A stretch of 64,000 nucleotides of DNA, from assembly GCF_009914755.1 (NCBI RefSeq), contig NC_060928.1; one strand, given 5' to 3'. Each line of letters starts with the position of its first letter. Positions within the stretch are counted from its first letter, which is position 1. Positions 59,511 through 64,000 of the stretch are shown here, piece after piece. This stretch comes from the human T2T-CHM13v2.0 reference genome, Homo sapiens. The translations under genes were made by a program, and so were the position numbers. The notes under the pieces are model-generated. The model had not been told where the DNA came from, ran no database searches, and was given only the letters and a program-made list of their open reading frames with translations.

Positions 59511-59809
59511 AGAACTAGTTGATAAATCAGAGTTTGTTCTTAGAAAAGGTAAAATATGAAAACGAGAAAGCATGAAATCGCACAATTGGTTATGAGAACA
59601 GAGAAATGAATTCAGGTACAGAGAAAATTCAAAGAAGTTAAATAAAATGCTTTGCTTAATTCTATGCAATTAAATTTAAAATTCTTAAAGAAGTTTTTGA
59701 TTAGCTAGGGAAATATAAATTTAAAAAATTAGCTCCAGAAAAAATAGCTACTTGTGGAAGGCACTAAGAGAATAGCCAGAGTTATTCCAAAGAGACACTG
59801 ATGAAGAAT

Positions 59810-60105
<296 letters not shown>

Positions 60106-60457
60106 ATGATGAAGAATATTTTATCAAATCTTATCAAATCTTTAATTAGTAAAAACACAAATACCCTGTAAACTGTTGCAAATTATAGAGAAGATAATCT
60201 TACAATTTTTTATAATGCCAGAATATTATTATTACCAAAACCTAACAAAGGTAGACTTTTATAACAGTCAAGATGGAGTAACTAGGAATGGATTTATCTT
60301 CCTTCATGAAACATCTAAAAAACTGAATACAGTATATGCCACAAGGTTAGATTCCTATATAGTTAAATAAATTAAATTTTCAAATAAAATCTTCCTACAA
60401 CAGAGCATTAGATCAAAATGGCTCTATTGTTGATATTTACTGAACATTTCAGAATAA

Positions 60458-60781
<324 letters not shown>

Positions 60782-63700
60782 AAAAGAGACCACTCTTAAA
60801 CTCATTTCATAGGGCCAGCATTACTCTGATACTAAAATATGACAAAGATATTACAAGAAAAACACAGATTAATGCTCCTTATGAACACAGATAAAAAATC
60901 CTCATCTAAATTATGACTTATAAAATCCAGCAATATATTAATAGGATGATATATCTTTACCAAGTGGGGTTTTTCTAAGAATGCATAGTGGAATTAATAA
61001 TTAAATATCAACTTATGAATGTAATCATATTAACTGGCTTTTTAAGAAACTATATGATAATCTCAATTTAGTAGAGAAATGTCTAAAAAATTAGACTCAT
61101 TGATGATGAAATAATTAGCAAATGAAGACTAGAAGAAAACTTCCTGACTTGAAAGAACATCAACAAAAAACTAAAACTCACATTATATAAGTGAAAGTTT
61201 GAACATTTTTTTCCTAAAATTAGGAAGAAGACAAGGATATCCTCTTATCATTCATTTCCAACACTTTACTAAAATTCTGGCCAGTGTAATAAGGCAAAAA
61301 AAAATCACACAGATCAAGGCGTAGAAAGAATTAAAACTATCTCTATTCAAAGCAACATGAGCATCTACACAAAATCCCAAAAATCTCAAGGTCAATGTAC
61401 AAACAAAATTTTATAGAAACTATTAGAATGAACTCATGGTTTTTGAAATGCATATTTTCTAGCTATGTCCACTGAAAAGGCTTAGAAACAATGACCAACC
61501 CCAAAGCAATGATTGATCATTCTTAGACAGCTTATTAAGGTCTCTAAATATAATTTCTTACAAACAAAAACAAAAACAGAACTCTTTGAAGAAATGGCTA
61601 ATTCCAGCTCTGTGGCAAGAAATATACAAGATAAGCCTAAAACACATTTTCTTATAGCAAGCAAGGAAGCTATTGAAACCTACTCAAGCTAGATAAAAAA
61701 AAAGAGTCTAACTTAAAACAGTTCCCTCAGATGGACAGCTGGTCAAAGACAGTCTTCAGATAGACAACTGAACATGAAAGAGTATCCTATCTACAATGGA
61801 TCAACATACATCAATATACAGTGTTAACATTCATAAATTTCTAACAATACTTAAATGAGAAAGACATAATGCCCATCATTCATTTTTGGATTATGTGAAG
61901 AAATCAACTCATTACTCTGAAAAATGACCCCAAAAATGGCAGAATTAAGAATGTATCATGCATTTTTAAAATTGTACTCATTAATCATGTAACTGATGAG
62001 GGCAATTTCAATGTAGAAAACTTCCATCTAATAAATTAAGAGGGATGACAGTTTCATGTAGTATCACCATGTCAAAAATCTGAATACAATAACTAATCTA
62101 GGATAGAGTCATCATTATGTGAATGACAATGAGTGTCTTACAATATATAAATCAGGGTTACAATAACCAAACTCACCATTTAATTTTAAAATAAAAAGTG
62201 AGAGATTATGAAATATTTGGGACCTACTGATATGACATAATAGGAAATGAAAAACATCACCTATAAAGTTTTCTTGCAAAACAAAAAACAAAAAACAAAA
62301 CCACATTAAACTATGTCTTTAGCTCACACAGAGACAGAGGAGCATGTGAATAACTCCATGAAGAATGTGGAAAATCTATAGGGTAAATAACTCGGTTTAC
62401 TATATTGATAGATAGTAAGAGGAAAATTGAGATTAAAAACTTATAGTTTAAAAAGTCTTAAAAGACAAAATGTAAATTAGTTGTTGCCAGGGGTGTGGGG
62501 AAGAACGGAGTTGAGAATGATTGCTAATGAGTACGAGGTTTCTTTTTATGGTGATGAAAATGTTCTAAAATTAGAGTGGTGATAATTTAACAACACTGTG
62601 AATATACTAACACTGAATTATACACTGTTAAAGGGTGAATTTTATAATATATAAAGTGTATCTCACTACAATTATTACTTAAGAAGAGACATAAAAGACA
62701 TTACCAAGCAAATACAATGTGTGGACTTTGTTTAAATGTTGATTTGAAAAATCAATTATAATTAAAATTGGTCAGAGACTTGGGTTTATGTTTGGTTTAT
62801 ATAAAATTTTTCTACCATAGAATTATTTCTAAATCTTCCCTATGCTTTCTTCTCGAATTTTTATAATTTGCTTTTGTATAGAAATAATTGCTTTTTAAAA
62901 TATATTGTTTTCCTTATTTCTAGAGACAATTAGGGAGATCTCAACAATAAAGAATAATCGATGATATGAAAGAATCATTAACTTTAGGAATGACAATAAT
63001 ACTATTTTTTAAGTCCTTATCTTTTAGGCATGCATGCTAATTATTTAATATTGAAATGCTATATCCCTGCAATGTTCCTCTATTATGACCGGAAGGGAGG
63101 TGTACGGATGAAAAGAAACTTTTCCACAGATTAATATTTCTTGAAGCTGAGTGGTGGGCACATAGAAATTTATTATATTAATTGCTGTCTTTTTTATATA
63201 TGTTTCAAACTTGCCATTATAAAAAAGCAGGTAAAATATTATTGAGGTCCAGGAAAGAAGAGTATGATAAATTGAAATATACACCTTTTTCTTGGATAGG
63301 AATTTTCCATATTTAAAGGTGTCATTTCTCTCTAAATTAATCTAGAAAGTTGATATCATACTGATAAAAATATGAACAGAATAATTTTAACCTGACAAAC
63401 TGATTTTAAAGTTCCTAATAAGAAATAGGCTGTAAGATTTGCCAGGAAAATTCTGAAAAACAAACAAGCAAGCAAAGAATCCTAAAGGAATGTGTATGAG
63501 GAAGAGAAACCAAAACTACTAGATGTGAAAATATATTCTAATGCTATTATTTTGGAATTGGCTCATGGATAGTCAGATCACTGAAACAGAAGAGACCATC
63601 AGAATTAGACTCAAACATAGATGTCTTGTTATATGATGAACATGGCATTTCAAATCAGTGGAGAAAAGATGGGTCATTTCCTTAGCAATGTTGGGAAATT

Positions 63701-64000
63701 AAGCAGTCATTTTAAAAATGAGGAAGAAAGAAAAAAAGAAATAATGCTAGATTTGTATTTTGTTCAACACATCCAAATCCTTATCTTAACCAACACAGAG
63801 ATATACATTTTAAAAAGCAATGATTTTCATATAAAAGCAAATCATAAAAATTCTGGAAGAAAGCATAAGAAAAGTTTTAGAAAAAATCTTATGGTAGAAA
63901 AATTTTTTATAAACAACGTAAACCCAAGTCTCTGACCAAAATAAATTGGTAAATTGAAAGCTTTCATAAAGCTCTAAATTTAATAAAAAATAAAAGGGCA

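Overview
AT-rich, CpG-poor mammalian genomic DNA, almost certainly human: it carries an Alu with the diagnostic bases of the human-specific AluYg6 subfamily. More than half of the window is interspersed repeat: L1 copies of many ages, Alus, MaLR/ERV LTRs, L2, MIR and a MER53 DNA element. I recognise no protein-coding exon, RNA gene or CpG island. The recognisable ORFs in the track derive from L1, THE1, Alu or microsatellite sequence, and the rest look like chance ORFs. The window looks intergenic or deep-intronic. I see no evidence of a new gene-level biological system. The most notable structures are: (i) an ancient CR1/L3-type reverse-transcriptase fossil that still reads as protein; (ii) several fold-back or templated-insertion repair scars, one apparently copied from about 1.75 kb away; (iii) a multi-level nested L1 cluster with a possible ancient 3' transduction; (iv) a twin-primed L1PA8-like element; (v) a rearranged THE1; (vi) weak minus-strand exon candidates in repeat-poor blocks. 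Repeat subfamily names come from recalled consensus sequences, and the boundaries of old repeats are approximate.
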